Below are positions 24,698 to 38,273 of a stretch of DNA of 64,000 nt, piece after piece. The stretch comes from Takakia lepidozioides. Its lineage: Eukaryota; Plantae; Bryophyta. Position 1 is the first letter of the stretch. Each line of letters begins with the position of its first letter. Below the pieces are notes generated by a model. The model was given only the letters and a program-made list of their open reading frames with translations. It had not been told where the DNA came from and ran no database searches. The DNA lies in assembly GCA_030704615.1 (NCBI GenBank), contig CM060732.1, positions 4,526,001 to 4,590,000 on the forward strand, in the 5' to 3' direction. Position numbers and translations under genes: made by a program.

Positions 24698-27135
24698 TCA
24701 CCATATAAATCAAAGCATGACGATCCACATAAAACATAAACTTTCTTCCCAGTAGATAATGCCTGAATTTCTTGACAGCATAAATCATTGCCAAAGCTTT
24801 TCTTTCAGTAGTGCTATAGTTCCTCTCAACACTGTTCAACAATCTGCTAGCATAATACACAGGTGAATTTATGTTTTCTGTGACATTTTGGGCTAACACA
24901 GCCCCCAATGCTTCTCCTGAGGCATCACAGTGTACATGAAATACCACATGCCAGTGAGGGTTAATCAGTACAGGTGTAGTTGTTACTGACAATGTAAGTT
25001 CCTCAAAAGCCTGTTGACATTCAGCTGTCCATGCAACACTGCATCCTTCTTCAAGAATTTGCTCAATGGTGCTGCCATCTGTGCATACCGTCTTACAAAC
25101 CTTCTGTAATAGCTGGTTTGTCCAATGAATCTCCTTAGAGCCTTAACATTTACTGGTGGTGGGGATGCTTTAATGGCCTCAGTTTTTCTATGATCCACAA
25201 GCAGTCCCTTCTTACACACAATGTGTCCTAGAATTACCCCTGAGTTCACACAGAAAGTACACTTTTCTGGATTCAGACCAAGACCTCTCATCATGCATCT
25301 GGCCAAACATAATTCCAACTTCTGCAAGTGCTCATTCTTAGAGTTGTACACACTGAAGTCATCTAAGAACACTTGCATGAAATCATCCAAATACTCATGG
25401 AAAGATTCACTTATCACTCTCTGGAAAGTTTCGGGTGCATTACAAAGTCCAAAAGGCATGACTTTGTATGCATAAGCACCCCAGTCAGTAATGAAAGCAG
25501 TCTTCCCCTAGTCTTCTTCAGCTGACGTGAATGGCAAAGGAAAGAGATATTTCTTAGTACAATCATTCAACTTCTTATAGTTCACACAAACTCTCAATTT
25601 GCCATTCTTCTTGGGAACTATCACAATGGGTGATAGCCAAGTTGTATACTCTATCGGGTATATGAACTTAGTCTCAACCAACTTCTTAATCTCCTCCCCA
25701 ACCTTCTGTGCATTGTTGGGATTCATCCTGTACCTTGCCTGTTTGATTGGTACTGACCCTGGTTCCAGTTCAATCTTATGCTAGCAGATCTCATGTGGTA
25801 TCCCTTGCAGATCTTCATAGCTCCAAGCAAATATATCTTTGTATTTGATAAACAGGCTCTTAGTTTCCTCAAAGAATTCTGGCTCCAAATCAGCCCCTAC
25901 TTTCACCATTCTTGGTTCCTCCTCAGTTCCCACATTCACTTCTCTCACCTACTCTTCAGCTGTGATTGTCCATCCAGCCACTACTTCATCCTGTAAACTC
26001 ACAGTGGCTGGTTCCTCTAGGATTTCTATTTCTCCCTCTCTTTCTTCATAGAAATGTGGTGGGTAACTGCTTGTTTCCCCCTCAATTGGTGTTGCTGTTA
26101 CTGCACCACAGCATATACCTTTAAAGCAACTCAGGCCTCCCAGTTGCATTTCTGCAACCTGCTCCCACTCTGGGTGTGCAGCAAACAGAGTAGCTTCATG
26201 CTCCTCATCAAGCCCTCCTCTCCAGTCATACTCTCTGACTCCACGAGGTCTCCGTGTAGCAGGTAGCCTACCAGATTTCTTAGTGGTGATCTGTATCTTG
26301 TGCTTCCCGTCATGCACAGTCAGTAACTGGGAATTCCAGTCATGGAATACCCTGGCCTGTTTCAGCCATGGTCGACCCAGCAATAAGGAGTAAACTTCCA
26401 TGACATCATCCATTTTCAACACAGTCACTGTGATCTTAAATATCATCTTCTGAATCTGTATCTTTACTCCTCTTATCAAGCCTAATGGCTGTACACTCCT
26501 TTGATCTGCCATTGTTACTGTGAATGGGGCTGGTTTCATGTTATTCAGACCAAACTTATGCCTTAATTGGTCTGTCATGATATTCACTCCTGAGCCTCCA
26601 TCTATCAGTACATCAGTCAGGTCTGTGCTTCCAATTCTCAATTGGATTACTGGCATGGAAATCAAAGTCCATGACTATTTCTCGCCCTTCAGGCTTCACA
26701 TTATAACTTGTCACCTTGTTGTCCAGGTCTTTATTCTCCGTCACATGAATAATCTGGTTGATTGCTTGATACAGCCTATGCACCTGTGAAGCCTTTTGCT
26801 TCACTTCATCTTCACCTTCTTCATCTTCTCTTTCAGAGTCAGAAGAATCTGCCATAGGGATATCAGTATCATTCTGCATTTCCCTTATGGTATCAGCCAC
26901 TTCCTTGTGCAATTCCTTCTCATCTCTCCATGCCTCATCATCTTTAGGCACATCACTGCCATGTTCATTAACATCTTCTTCCTCATCCACTGGAGGTATT
27001 AGTTTAGCTTTGCTTCTGGTAACTATCATTGTATTTACTTCTAGTACAAAACATGGCATAACCATGTGAGCTGCTACTACTGGCCCTTCATTCACAGGAG
27101 CTCTCATCTCATTCTGGTGTCTGATCCTGCCTGGT
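24698..27135 (-). mobile_element. Ty3/Gypsy non-chromovirus pol fragment (gag end, protease, RT, RNase H), degenerate
   Basis: LIDGGSGVNI, WLSPIVIVPKK, MPFGLCNAP, VFLDDF, VHCDAS, ERNYSTTER; homologous to 45530-47500. Confidence 0.92.
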
Positions 27136-28439
27136 TACAATAGTAACCCTTGGCACTACTGTAATTTTAACTCAGGGTGGGGGGTCTACTTTGAACAATA
27201 AGCGGATGTAGAGAGGAAAGGGAGATTGTCAATGCCCGGTGTGTAGACGGCTTGAAGACAATATCCATTTTCTGTTACAATGCCCTCTCTCTTAGTTTTA
27301 CACATTTTGTCCTATAAGCTCTTTGAGCTTTCTATGGACGTTACAAGTTCCATTTCATTTCATTCTCTTTCTTTTCCTGCAACAGGAGGACTGCCCTATG
27401 CCCAGCTTGCACCAGGCACAACCATGAAATTGAAATTGAAGAACAGTTCGTCTTATAGTGCCTTCTGTATTATGAGATTTGTGGGAGATTTTGCAGTGTC
27501 TATTCTGTGGAATTCAGTCTCTCACTGAAGTCTCCATTATGAGGATCAGACATGCTTGGCAGCTTACGTGCACAAGCAAAGGTGTTATACGGTGATAAGC
27601 ACAGTCCCTTGCATTTTAGATTGTGTTTCTCTGAAACGATATCTTGGTCGAACTTTCCATGTGCTGTCAAGATTATTGCAACAACGGAGGGCTTGTGCGA
27701 GCTCCTGCCTGGTCTACCCGGGCTTCCAGCTGGCTAATTGGTGGGAAGTTCTGAGAGTTTTCTATCACATTCCTTTGTTGAACGACTGCAGCTTGCCACC
27801 TTTCACTCTATTTCACATGTTGTTACCCACCTATAACTCAAGGGCATGGATTGACGGATAGCTTATCTGCAACTGGTTCTGAGGAATTTAATTTAGGAGT
27901 TCCTGCAAGGGCTTCGCGTTGCACCGCACTACTAGCGACAACTTCTGAGAAGGACGTCCAAATAGATGGGTTATATTCAAGTTCTAAGATACTCACACAA
28001 TATACATCAAAACAATAGCATCCAAAAGAGGCATTGCAAGAGATTTAATTTGGTCCAGACCAGTGTTGGGCGGATCTAAATTCGGTCCAGTCATCCAGAC
28101 AGCCGGAATGAGCTATGACAATCAAAGTACTACTTCCACACTAGAAAAGCTAGTTTAGTGTAGAGCAGGAATAGGGTGCCTTAGCGCCATGTTTTTGTCG
28201 CCATGTCATCGTTGCCATGTCATCGTCGCCACGTTTCGTAGACACATCATCGTAGCCATGTCATTGTCGTCGTCAAAAAATTTATATCTGCCCGGACTGC
28301 CCGCCCAAAAAACCCCAAAGCTCCAAGTTTTTTCGGAGCGTGCCCGGACTGCCCGGTTCTTGAAGTTCTTGAAGTTCTTGAACTGCAGGAGCTCTGCGTT
28401 TTCCGCCATCGTTCACCTTGCAAGCTGCAAGCTCTCAAC

Positions 28440-28640
28440 AATCTCGCTGCTCAATGTGGCTTTTCCCTCGACGATCTTTGATCACGTGGAATATAATGTT
28501 TGGCAGGATTTACCGAGCATGGGATGCTTTGGAGACCTATGAGCAAATGATGCGCGAAGGGGTGAAGCCCAACTACATCACGTTTGTTTGTGTTTGCAAT
28601 GCGTGTGCAAGCCAGGGAGCCCTGGAAAAGGGGAAAGAGG
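28440..28640 (+). pseudogene. PLS-class PPR gene fragment
   Basis: LITWNIM...ALETYEQMMREGVKPNYITFVCVCNACASQGALEKGKEV. Confidence 0.8.
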
Positions 28641-28944
28641 TCGGATTTTCGAGCACAAACGTCTACCTTGGAGCACGGAGCAGAGCTGGCATGAGTTTTT
28701 TAAACATCCTTCACGATGGTGGGACCACCGCAATCGCAAGGTGTGACTTTTTCTTAATGTACCATGTGAAGAAGTTTATCCATCGTGCAGATGTGGGCTC
28801 TTGGCTCTTCCTGTTAGTACCATGATTTTGTATAATTCTTGATGTTTACAAGGTTCTTGGGAGAATCAGCTTGGTCTTAGCAGGCCGTGTTTCAATCTAT
28901 GCCTGCTCAGCTGCACCGCGGTGGTTCTCTTAGACCAATCCGAC

Positions 28945-29255
28945 ATTACCTGACTACAGACACAAGCAACACACACAAGAGGTCCTTTTGGGTTGATGGT
29001 CGGTCAAATCCTCCATGGATCATGACACAAGGTCAAGGACAATGTGGTGAGGGCACCTTCTTCTTCGACCTATTTCAGCCTGTTTTGCCCTCTCATCAGA
29101 CTCGGCCCTGAGATACATATTGAATTTTGTAAGTTAGCTTGTTGGGTGGATCTGTGGTATCCAAAAATAGATAACAGAGATGAGGAGAAGCTTTGGAGTG
29201 AACACTTATCCGACCCCAGTCAATGGTGGGACAATGGAGACAAAAAGATGAATGC
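28945..29255 (+). pseudogene. Remnant OSB-type PDF-motif repeats
   Basis: PDYRHK...(frameshift)WVDGRSNPPWI and EEKLWSEHLSDPSQWWDN, resembling the WWDNR...PDFKHK...LW motif of organellar ssDNA-binding proteins. Confidence 0.6.
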
Positions 29256-29694
29256 CTGTTGGACTACAGAGAGAAGCAGATGCAATTCAGAATTGGAACT
29301 ACTGTAATAAGTAGGGTTGGTGTGTTTGCTGGAAGAACTTCACGCCATTAGTGTGAGCTGCTAGCAGCAAGGCTCAGGATGTATACATGATTTGTACACA
29401 GGCAGGGATAGCTGAAGGATTCTTGTCAGATCATTCATAGTGTGCCAGCAGGTTTGATATGGTGATGCCATCTTAATTTAGGGCTTGAAAGAATTTGTCA
29501 AGAAGGCTTATGACTTAAGTTGGCATGATGATGTTTACTGGATTGGATACTCGATTGCTTGAATTAATGATGATTGCTCTTCATTACAAAAAAGAAATAC
29601 ATCCATTTCTTGTTGTTTCACTCAATAAGTGTTGTTTAAGGTCGTTCCCTTGTATCTGAAGAATGCTTGGAGGTTTGGTGGTTATGGCCCAGTG

Positions 29695-32609
29695 TGTCGC
29701 GCACCTCACTTCGGTAATCTCCCCCCCCCCCCCCCCCCCCTCAAGTCATAGTTACTCGCTTGATGCGCGCCCCTAACTCCTAACCTGGCCGCCGGGCCAA
29801 CTTGGAGCTCCGGCTGCTCACCGGGGCATAACGGTCCCCCTTTGATCTCCCAAAGAACCCTCCAACGATTTGGAACCAGCGGAATTCCCTTTGGTAGTTG
29901 GCAGTCCGGAACAGCTCCCCACTCTTTGGTCGCTTTCCGGCTCGCTCGCTTACTCACTAGTTTTTGGTCACCAACGGGCTTGCACCGTTCTCGGGGTTAC
30001 TACTCCCTATATATACTTCTGTAGCTGTCCGCGGGGGTTTCACAAACAACCATGCCATTTATGGCGAACCACCACGAACACCCTCGACTCCCGGTGATGA
30101 GTCACAGTGAGTCTTGGCCCACCCACCACGGCCTTCACTTCTCTAATGTAGAGCAAAAACTGGGGCTCGTGTGCCTCCTCCACAGCCCACTCCCTTGCTG
30201 ACAGAAGGTTTATTCTCCCTCCCACGGGTCTGGGCGTTTCCGACACTCGTAAGACCTCGCCATCATTCCCACATGGCAGCGTGACTACTCTCTTGCGGCC
30301 ATCTATGACCGCTCCGGATTTGCTCAAAAATGTCATCCCCAAAATGAGATCCACTCCATCGATCTCGCAGATGGTGAAGTTCTCACGTCCCTCCCAACTC
30401 CCCAGTTGAAGAGGAACATCAAACACCAACCTTGTCGCCAATCGCGGTTCTCCTTTGGCAGAACGCACCTCAATAGAGGCCCCCACATCACTTGTCGGGA
30501 GTCCCAGCTTTTGTGCCGTTGTCGGTGTCATGAAGGAGTGCGACGCTCCTGTGTCCACCAACAACGACACGTTAATTCCGGATATTATCCCATCCACGAA
30601 CAAGAACTGACTCCCTTCACGTAAGGCTCCAGTTTCCTGATACAACTCACAAGAAAATTTGCCTACCTTGCAAATCCTGGCGACCACCGCTTCCACCAAG
30701 CGACTGATGGTATCTTCTGACATGTCTGTGGTCGCCCGAGTCATGTTCAATTGCCGGGGCTTCGCGCACTTCTTGGCTATGTGCCCAGGCTCCCCGCAAT
30801 TGAAACACACTCCATCAAAGGTCGCCTTCTGTCCGCCATAGGCCGCTCCACCCGCTTTTCCTTTCGAAGCACCGGGTGCCGCCTTGACTTGTGAAGGTCC
30901 TCCACGTGCCATTGTCGCCGCGTGGCCTATCCCACTTCTTTTCCGGTCGGAAGGAGTCACCTTCCCGCCGGGTCTTCTTGTGGTTCAGCTCCGTACGGCC
31001 TTGTCTTTCACCCTTAGGGACATCCGAGAAACATTCAGCCCTCTCAATTGCCTCGTTCAAAGTCTTAGGTGGCTTCTCCTCCAACTTCCGCCTGGCCCAT
31101 GGGGCCAGTCCCGCCACAAAGTTGAAGACCATTTCTGGTTCTGCCATGTCCGCGACTTCGAGCAACAGCACATTGAAAGCCTGGACGTATCCCCGAATGT
31201 CATCTGTTTGCTTCAAATTCCTCATCTTGTCCCGGGCGAGCCAGGACGCGTTGAGGGGCACAAACTGCCTCTTCATCAATTCCTTGAACTCACTCTAATT
31301 CAAGGTTTCCGGGCTTGGAACTCGGTCGTGAAGGCGTTTCTGCCACCATTGTTGAGCATAGCCCCTCAAATAGGTGGGAGCCACTTCCACCCGATCCTCG
31401 TCACTCAACTTGGCCGCCCGGAAGTACTGCTCTAGCTCCAAGAGCCAGGTGTTGAGTGCCTTCCGATTTTGGACGCCCTCGAAGGTGCCGGGTTCCTTAG
31501 GCTTCACCTTAAACTTTGCCTTAGTGGAAGTGGCATTAGCCGCCTTTAATACGTCTTCAACGTCCCGCCAAATTGCGCCAACAACCCTTCCCAAAAGGCT
31601 GTCGGCATGGGAGACATTTGTTGGTCGGTCGGAGCTCTCAGGGATTCCTCAGGCTCCGACTCCTCAGATTCCTCCCGCTCTTGAGCGGCCTCGTTTTCGG
31701 AAACATGCATCGCTTCCTCAAACGGCCGCCTCGGTGACCCATTCGCCCCCATCGGGCTCACCAGGATCATCATCTTTTGGGCCGTTCTGCTTTCGCTTTG
31801 GCTTGCCCGACCCCATGATGAGGCCAATCCCAAGGATGATCGCGTACTGAACTCTAAGCTCTGATACCAAGTGTCGCGCACCTCACTTCGGTAATCTTCC
31901 CCCCCCCCCCCCCCCCTCAAGTCATAGTTACTCGCTTGATGCGCGCGCCTAACTCCCAACCTGGCCGTCGGGCCAACTTGGAGCTCCGGCTGCTCGCCGG
32001 GGCATAACGGTCCCCCTTTGATCTCCCAAAGAACCCTCCAACAATTTGGAACCAGCGGAATTCCCTTTGGTAGTTGGTAGTCCGGAACAGCTCCCCACTC
32101 TTTGGTCGCTTTCCGGCTCGCTCGCTTACTCACTAGTTTTTGGTCACCAACGGGCTTGCACCGTTCTCAGGGTTACTACTCCCTATATATACTTCTGTAG
32201 CTGTCCGCGGGGGTTTCACAAACAACCATGCTATTTTATGGCGAACCACCACGAACACCCTCGACTCCCGGTGATGAGTCGCGGTGAGTCTTGGCCCACC
32301 CACCACGGCCCCTATGGACCGTGATGAGTCCCAAGACTCCCCACGACTTCCACCACAAGGTCTCCGCCCTAGGGTGAGTCCTATGCCACCCCCACTAAGT
32401 CCCGCTAAGCTACCACCACCCCTTGTGGAGCCACCCCCACCGCAACCCGGTGTGCGGGGCTCCACCTAGTGAGCGCCTCCGCCTCCTTGAGTGCTTTGGG
32501 CACTCAAGGGTGCCTCAGCCCCCCATACCTATCGCTGCCACTGCCCCCACCACAGGGGCAGCCCCTCTTGTGTCCCAACCCCCTACCCTCAAGGCAAAGG
32601 GCCGCGACA
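29695..32609 (-). mobile_element. Chromovirus, internally deleted (5' LTR 32609-31872, PBS, gag-protease, joined to distal half of 3' LTR)
   Basis: TSD CAGTG at 29690-29694 and 32610-32614; PBS reverse complement at 31858-31869; CFNCGEPGHIAKKC; LLVDTGASHSF. Confidence 0.94.
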
Positions 32610-32949
32610 CAGTGTTTGTGAGGCTGTGGTGCAAGCAATGGCTGCTCAACTGCCCCTTGTGGTTTTCACAGAACAGTGCAAGATTGCCATACTATACCAG
32701 AGTACCAAGCTTCAGATGTCAACGCATAATTGAAGTCTTTCTTTTTGAGGGCTGGTCAAACCCTTGTTGGATGAAACTAGTACTAGTGGCCATGATACAT
32801 GATCAAGCACAGTCTGCTGATGGTTCTAATTCACATTTACACCACCAAGCTTCAGGCCAAGAATATAGGAGGTAATTTTCTGATTGTAAGGGTTTGTTCT
32901 CCAATTTAAGATGCCTGAACGAGATATGTTTACATGAACTATGATGATG

Positions 32950-33758
32950 GCAGCATATGCCAAGCACGGAGATGCTGAGGAGGGTTTCAGAATTTATGAG
33001 CAAACAGGAAGAGGTGATGCCTGACAGGGGGACATTTACTTGCATTCTCAATATGTGTGCTAGCGTACGAGTTGGGCTAGAATTGGCAAGACTGGGGGCA
33101 TCTTGGCCAAGGAACACTTATTGGCCATCTACTAGAATGTGGGTGCCAATTTGACTGGAGGGTACTTCATGCACCTAGGTAAGTTAATGTGTGCTGGTTG
33201 TTCTGTTCAATTCAACTTTTTCCCTTGTTGGTAATGCTATCAGTTTTGCTGATACGGCATCATTCCTAGCTTAAAAAAACTTAGACTTGGGAAGGCTTCC
33301 CTTGAGGTTGTGAGGTCCGACATGTTTACTTCTCATGGGCTTGCAGTCTTAAGTTAACTGCATATAGTTACCTCATATTTGGTCTTATTAAAATCAACAG
33401 TGTTCCCAACAATCCCAACTTGGGGTGTATCTTGTTTTACCTAAAGGGCAAAGAGGCATGTGTTGACATTGTCAAATCTGGAATCGTGCAACAAGTGTTG
33501 ACATGTATGCCAAATGCAGGAGCATGAAATATGCATGACTGGTGTTCAACAATATGGCTCAACGGCTGTTTTCTCATGGTGCGCATTGATTGTAGGATAT
33601 GCTCAGCATGGGTTTGATAGGGATGCTTTCAAAACATACAGATAGAGGAGCGGGTGACACCCGACAGGGTCACTTTCATTTGCATGCTCAATGTGTGTGC
33701 TAGCCTAGGGGTCCTGGAACAGCGCAAAGAGGTTCATGCTCATCATCAAAACTGGAAT
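32950..33758 (+). pseudogene. Degenerate PLS-class PPR fragments
   Basis: MPDRGTFTCILNMCAS; VDMYAKC...LIVGYAQHG; VTPDRVTFICMLNVCASLG...EVHAH, with stops and frameshifts. Confidence 0.75.
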
Positions 33759-33759
33759 T

Positions 33760-36700
33760 GCAGCAAATATGGAATTCAAAAACGTGGCCAATGGAGCAAA
33801 GCACTCCGCATTGCATGTACTGCAATAGCAGGCGCCATCATGCAAAAAGACAAACAAGGCCGTCAAAGTACCTACCCGGTACATCAGCCGAAACTAATTA
33901 CGGGCCCATTAATGCATCCAGAGGGCAGGTAACAGAACCCTTTATGCGTTCGGCAAAGGGGGACCTTTGCCACATGTGCAGTCCTAGTGGGCATTCCAAG
34001 TTGGAATGTGAACAGATGAGGGTAAAATTGAGAAGTTACCCAATGAGGCAACGGCCAATCAGGAACGTGAATTTTATGCAAGTGGTTCCATTCAAGAAAC
34101 AAGAACAAGAAATTAAAAAAATTATGAGCGGAAGAGTAGGGGTTGCTCCGGATAATCAGCGTCTCGACGGGAGGGGCAATCAAAGCTATAGCTTTGAAGC
34201 TATGGCGGATATCACAGACTATACGCTAGCTCTACTTCTTACGCAGTGGCGCAAGGACGGACGGGTTGAAAGTGCATTCTCTCTCACTCACTATTTGCAA
34301 GCTCCACAGGCTTACACTCACTTGCCTGTTCCATTATGTGCCAACCATACTTTCATGCTCTACGCCCTGCACGCTTTCCTACAACTATTCCAAACAAGGC
34401 CTTCTTGTTTGTCCGGGATGAAGAGAATTAGAGGGATGGAGGATCTCAGGGTGAAGAGCACCTACAGAAGCAGACAATCGCTACACCACAGGCAGTGCAG
34501 CTGCTGAAGGAGCTGCGATTGGAGGGGTTGCTACGCAAAGAGTGGTCTTTGCATCATCGGGGATTGATGATCCAATTCATTCAAAACTTTGAGCCTTGGA
34601 CAGGAGTTACCCAGGTGAAGGGCGTAGATATAGAGGTTACTCCGCAGTATTTGCGACAACTGTTTGAATTGTCATCTGGTCATGTGAACGTGGATGAGCA
34701 CAGGGCCAGATTGCAAATAAGGGATCTGTTCCAAGAAACGAGTTTCTTTAGGAACCAGGGATTCACCTGCACCAAGGCTGAGTATCCAGGGTTGAGGGAA
34801 ATTGGCCAAATACTGAACATTCTGTTTGCCATGAAACAAAACCAACAGTATCTTAGCAGATCTTTCACGGAGGAGGTGTTGAAAGCTTTGAGAGGAGAGG
34901 ATGTGGCCTGGATGGAGATGATGTACAATGGTCTGGTGGAGGAGATGAAGCGGTTATAAAATACTACTGCTAAGAGGCAAGAATTGCCACTGAATGTGCA
35001 AATAAGGTGGATGTGGAGGCCAACCTCAAGTTGCAAAAAGAGTTGGAAGACACTCAATCTGCTCTACAGCTTGCAAAAGAAAACTTGATTGAAGCAGGTC
35101 TGGAGCAGGAGAAGTTGCATGAAGTACATAAACAACAATTATACCAGCATGAAGGCAAATTGCAGGAAGTGAAGTTGCTTCATACAAAGTTGGAAGCAGT
35201 CCATCAGAAAATGACCATCCAGTGTGCCACACTAACAACTATTCTAGAGCTGACTGCACTAGAAGTTAAGAACCAAGCTGAGAGATGTTTAATGGTGGAG
35301 GCTGAGTCAGTGGAGCAGGCAAAACTCATTGCTGACATGAAGGCTACTATCTGTCGCCATGAGGATACCTTTCAGCAGTACAGTCAAATCGATGCACAGA
35401 AGGACAGGTACATCCTTGAGTTACAGCAAAAACTCATAGTACGGGAGAATGAGCTTTCTGTGACTGACAAAGCCTAGAAAGAAGCCAATAATCTGTCTTT
35501 TGCCTATGCAGCTCTGGTTGAACCTCATGCGAAGTGCATGGAGGCTTTACAGCAACAGTTGGACATGTACAGACTCAAGGAGGAGCAGGATCTCCGTGGT
35601 GCTACCCAGGACTTGGTGGATAATCATCTTTTGCAAGAGTGGTTAACACAATGGCCAGTGGAAGGAAATGCACCAAGAAAGCTCACCCAAGATGAAATGA
35701 ATGATCTCAGGCTACGGGTGCAGAACATTGCCACAATCACTATAGATAATGTCTATAGTCGGATAGCTGAGTTGCAGGAGGATATAGAAGGGCTGCAGAC
35801 TCAAGTGGACGACTTGAGCTCCAACATTGACAAAAGAGCCTTTGTTCCCGAGGAACAGCTTATGGCTACTTATTTGCACACGAGGACTCTGATTTTCCAA
35901 TCTTCATCACATGAGGCGCAGACCTTGCCAACATTAGGAGGGACAATGGCGCCAATATCACAGCGACCACAGCATGTCAACACCATTGATACCATGGCAT
36001 TGCAACAATCTGAGGTTTGGGGGTTGCTTCTTTTAACCCACCCAAGACTCCTGCTGCACTTGAGTACAATCGGGCTATGATTATGACCTTCAACCAAATT
36101 CCCATTTTTTGCACGGTACTGGTCTGAGGTAGGCACCAAGCTTAAGGAATTAATTGTCTTCCAGATTGTTCATGGGTACATCTACACCAAGACCAAGGAG
36201 GTACCTAGTTTGGTCATGGGTTGTGGACTATACTATGTTGCTTGTTTCATTTCACGCTATCACATTGAGCAGCAAAAGATGCAGATGCGATTTCAGAATT
36301 ATTCCAAGTCTGAGGATCATAGGGTGTTACCTTCAGTTCCATCCCATACATATCTGTATGATGTGAGGATCATGTTGCAGAAGGATCCCCAACTTTGTTC
36401 TTGGTTCAATTTTGCTTTAGAAAACTTGGCCAAAGTAAACTTGGGTCTTGACCACATTTTTTCTAAGGGACATGAAGCCAGGAAATGGTTACACTGTTCC
36501 AATGTCATTGGCAAACCCCTCATCTATACAGACAAGGAGATGTGGGAGTACACTTACTTTGCCCGCAAGAGATTGATACAAGTTTTAAGGTTTAAGCTTC
36601 CAGACATGGTGAGCAAACACTATAGGGATTCCTGAGACGCCACAGAAGGTTAGAGCACCGAAAGGCCACCGGGGGGGAAGATGATTTTGATACTACTGGT

Positions 36701-37430
36701 TCTATGGAGGAACCTTTTGACATGGCTAAGGACTATGCAATACAAATGGTAGAGAAGAAACAACGGGGATCTCCTATGCCTGAGAAGTTACCTCCTTATC
36801 AGCCACAAGAAGGGCAGTTATTTCCATTTGGTGGACAATCATCTCTACCAACCAACGACAGGGCTCGGGCTTGCACACAGAGCCCTCCATGGGACTCTCA
36901 CCGACAGAAGGGTGCTCGTTCACAATGGTTTGCTGATCCTAAACAGTAAACCGTGAGGACGCGGCTTTTTTAGAGGGGGAGGGATAATGTTAGAGGGCTG
37001 TCTGGGACTTAGACAGTTTTACGGGTTCTGTGGGGTACCCTTAATTTTTGCGCAGACTTACGAATGGTAGACTTAGACCAACACAGGCCTTAGGGGTGGT
37101 AGACAGGCTTACACAGTCAGTCACAGCCTTACACAGTTAGACACAGCCTTATACAGCTTGTCACAGCCTGACATAGTCTTTCACAGTCTGACACAGCTTG
37201 TCACAGCCTATCACAGTCTATCACAGCCCGACACAGCCCGACATAGCCAGTCACAGCCCAACACAGCTTCACACAGCCAGTCACAGCCCGACACAGCCAG
37301 TCACAGCTCGGCACAGTCACAGCCCGACACAGTTTGGCACAGCCCATCACAGCATTCACAGGGAAACGGTTATTATTGGCAGGGAATGACTGTGTGGGAA
37401 CGACATCTGCAGAGGGAACGTGCGTTCTGT
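33760..37430 (+). mobile_element. 3' part of non-chromovirus Gypsy: extra 3' ORF (coiled-coil, env-like position), PPT and truncated 3' LTR starting at 36988
   Basis: Broken ORF 34495-36949; purine tract AGAGGGGGAGGGATAA before TGTTAGAG; homologous in inverted orientation to 38857-41378. Confidence 0.85.
37100..37352 (+). repeat. LTR-internal minisatellite (~10-bp ACACAGCC/TCACAGCC units); also at 38935-39230 (minus) and 43680-43840
   Basis: Directly visible tandem CACAG repeats whose copy number differs between LTR copies. Confidence 0.85.
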
Positions 37431-38273
37431 AGCTCTTGATCCTGAGCTAGACATACACTCACTGCTGTGCTGATGGATTGCTATATCTCAGTCTGTACTA
37501 AAGGACCTATATTACCTTGAACAACCATGTCAAGAATAAACGAGGTCAAATTTAAATACCTTCCATGGAACCTTGGCGATGGAGGCACGTCAGTGTGCAA
37601 CTTCCCGTGAATTACCCAGTCTTCGGGTGGTCGGGGCATGTTGCAGTACCTACACTCATCCAACCTGCGCACATAATGGGATGCCAGGAGTTGACATATG
37701 TGGCAATGAGTGAAGAAGTCTACCTGCCACCGTAGATGTGCCGCAAAAGAAGATCTGGGGTGCAACGCTCCTAGATAAATTCCAGGGCATGAACAATATG
37801 GTCAGTTGAGCCTGTCCTTACACCAGTAGAAATGCTCTGGTGCATTTGCTTCCGAGAGTCGCTCCCACCAAACCCTTTTGCTAATCCACCCCTTCTTGAT
37901 GGAATTCCGTTGAGCTAATCGCTCGATGTAAGCTTCTATGATAAGTCGAATCTCTGATTCATGTTGCCAAAATCTGCTGCGAATCATCTTGACCCTAGCT
38001 TCAAAAATCATACCCACCCTAGAAGTTTATGCATAAAAGATTATTATCATTGCAGGACACGAGGTGGATGACACTGGTAAATTCCAAAGCATTACATTGC
38101 TTGTGCCGATTGGCAGACATGTTAAAAATGAAAGCATACTTTGCAGCTGCGAGATCTCTACCAATCTTCGAAGGCAGGTTACCTAGACTGCTACTGTTCC
38201 TTCCTCGTCTATTTCCACTAGTGACCCTGGTACTGATGTACAAGGAGAGCTACTAACCGAGGAAATAGCATGC

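Noticed and set aside
28160-28400. Short GCCATGTCATCGT repeats suggesting a DNA-transposon end
   Set aside because: No partner terminus or transposase found in the window.
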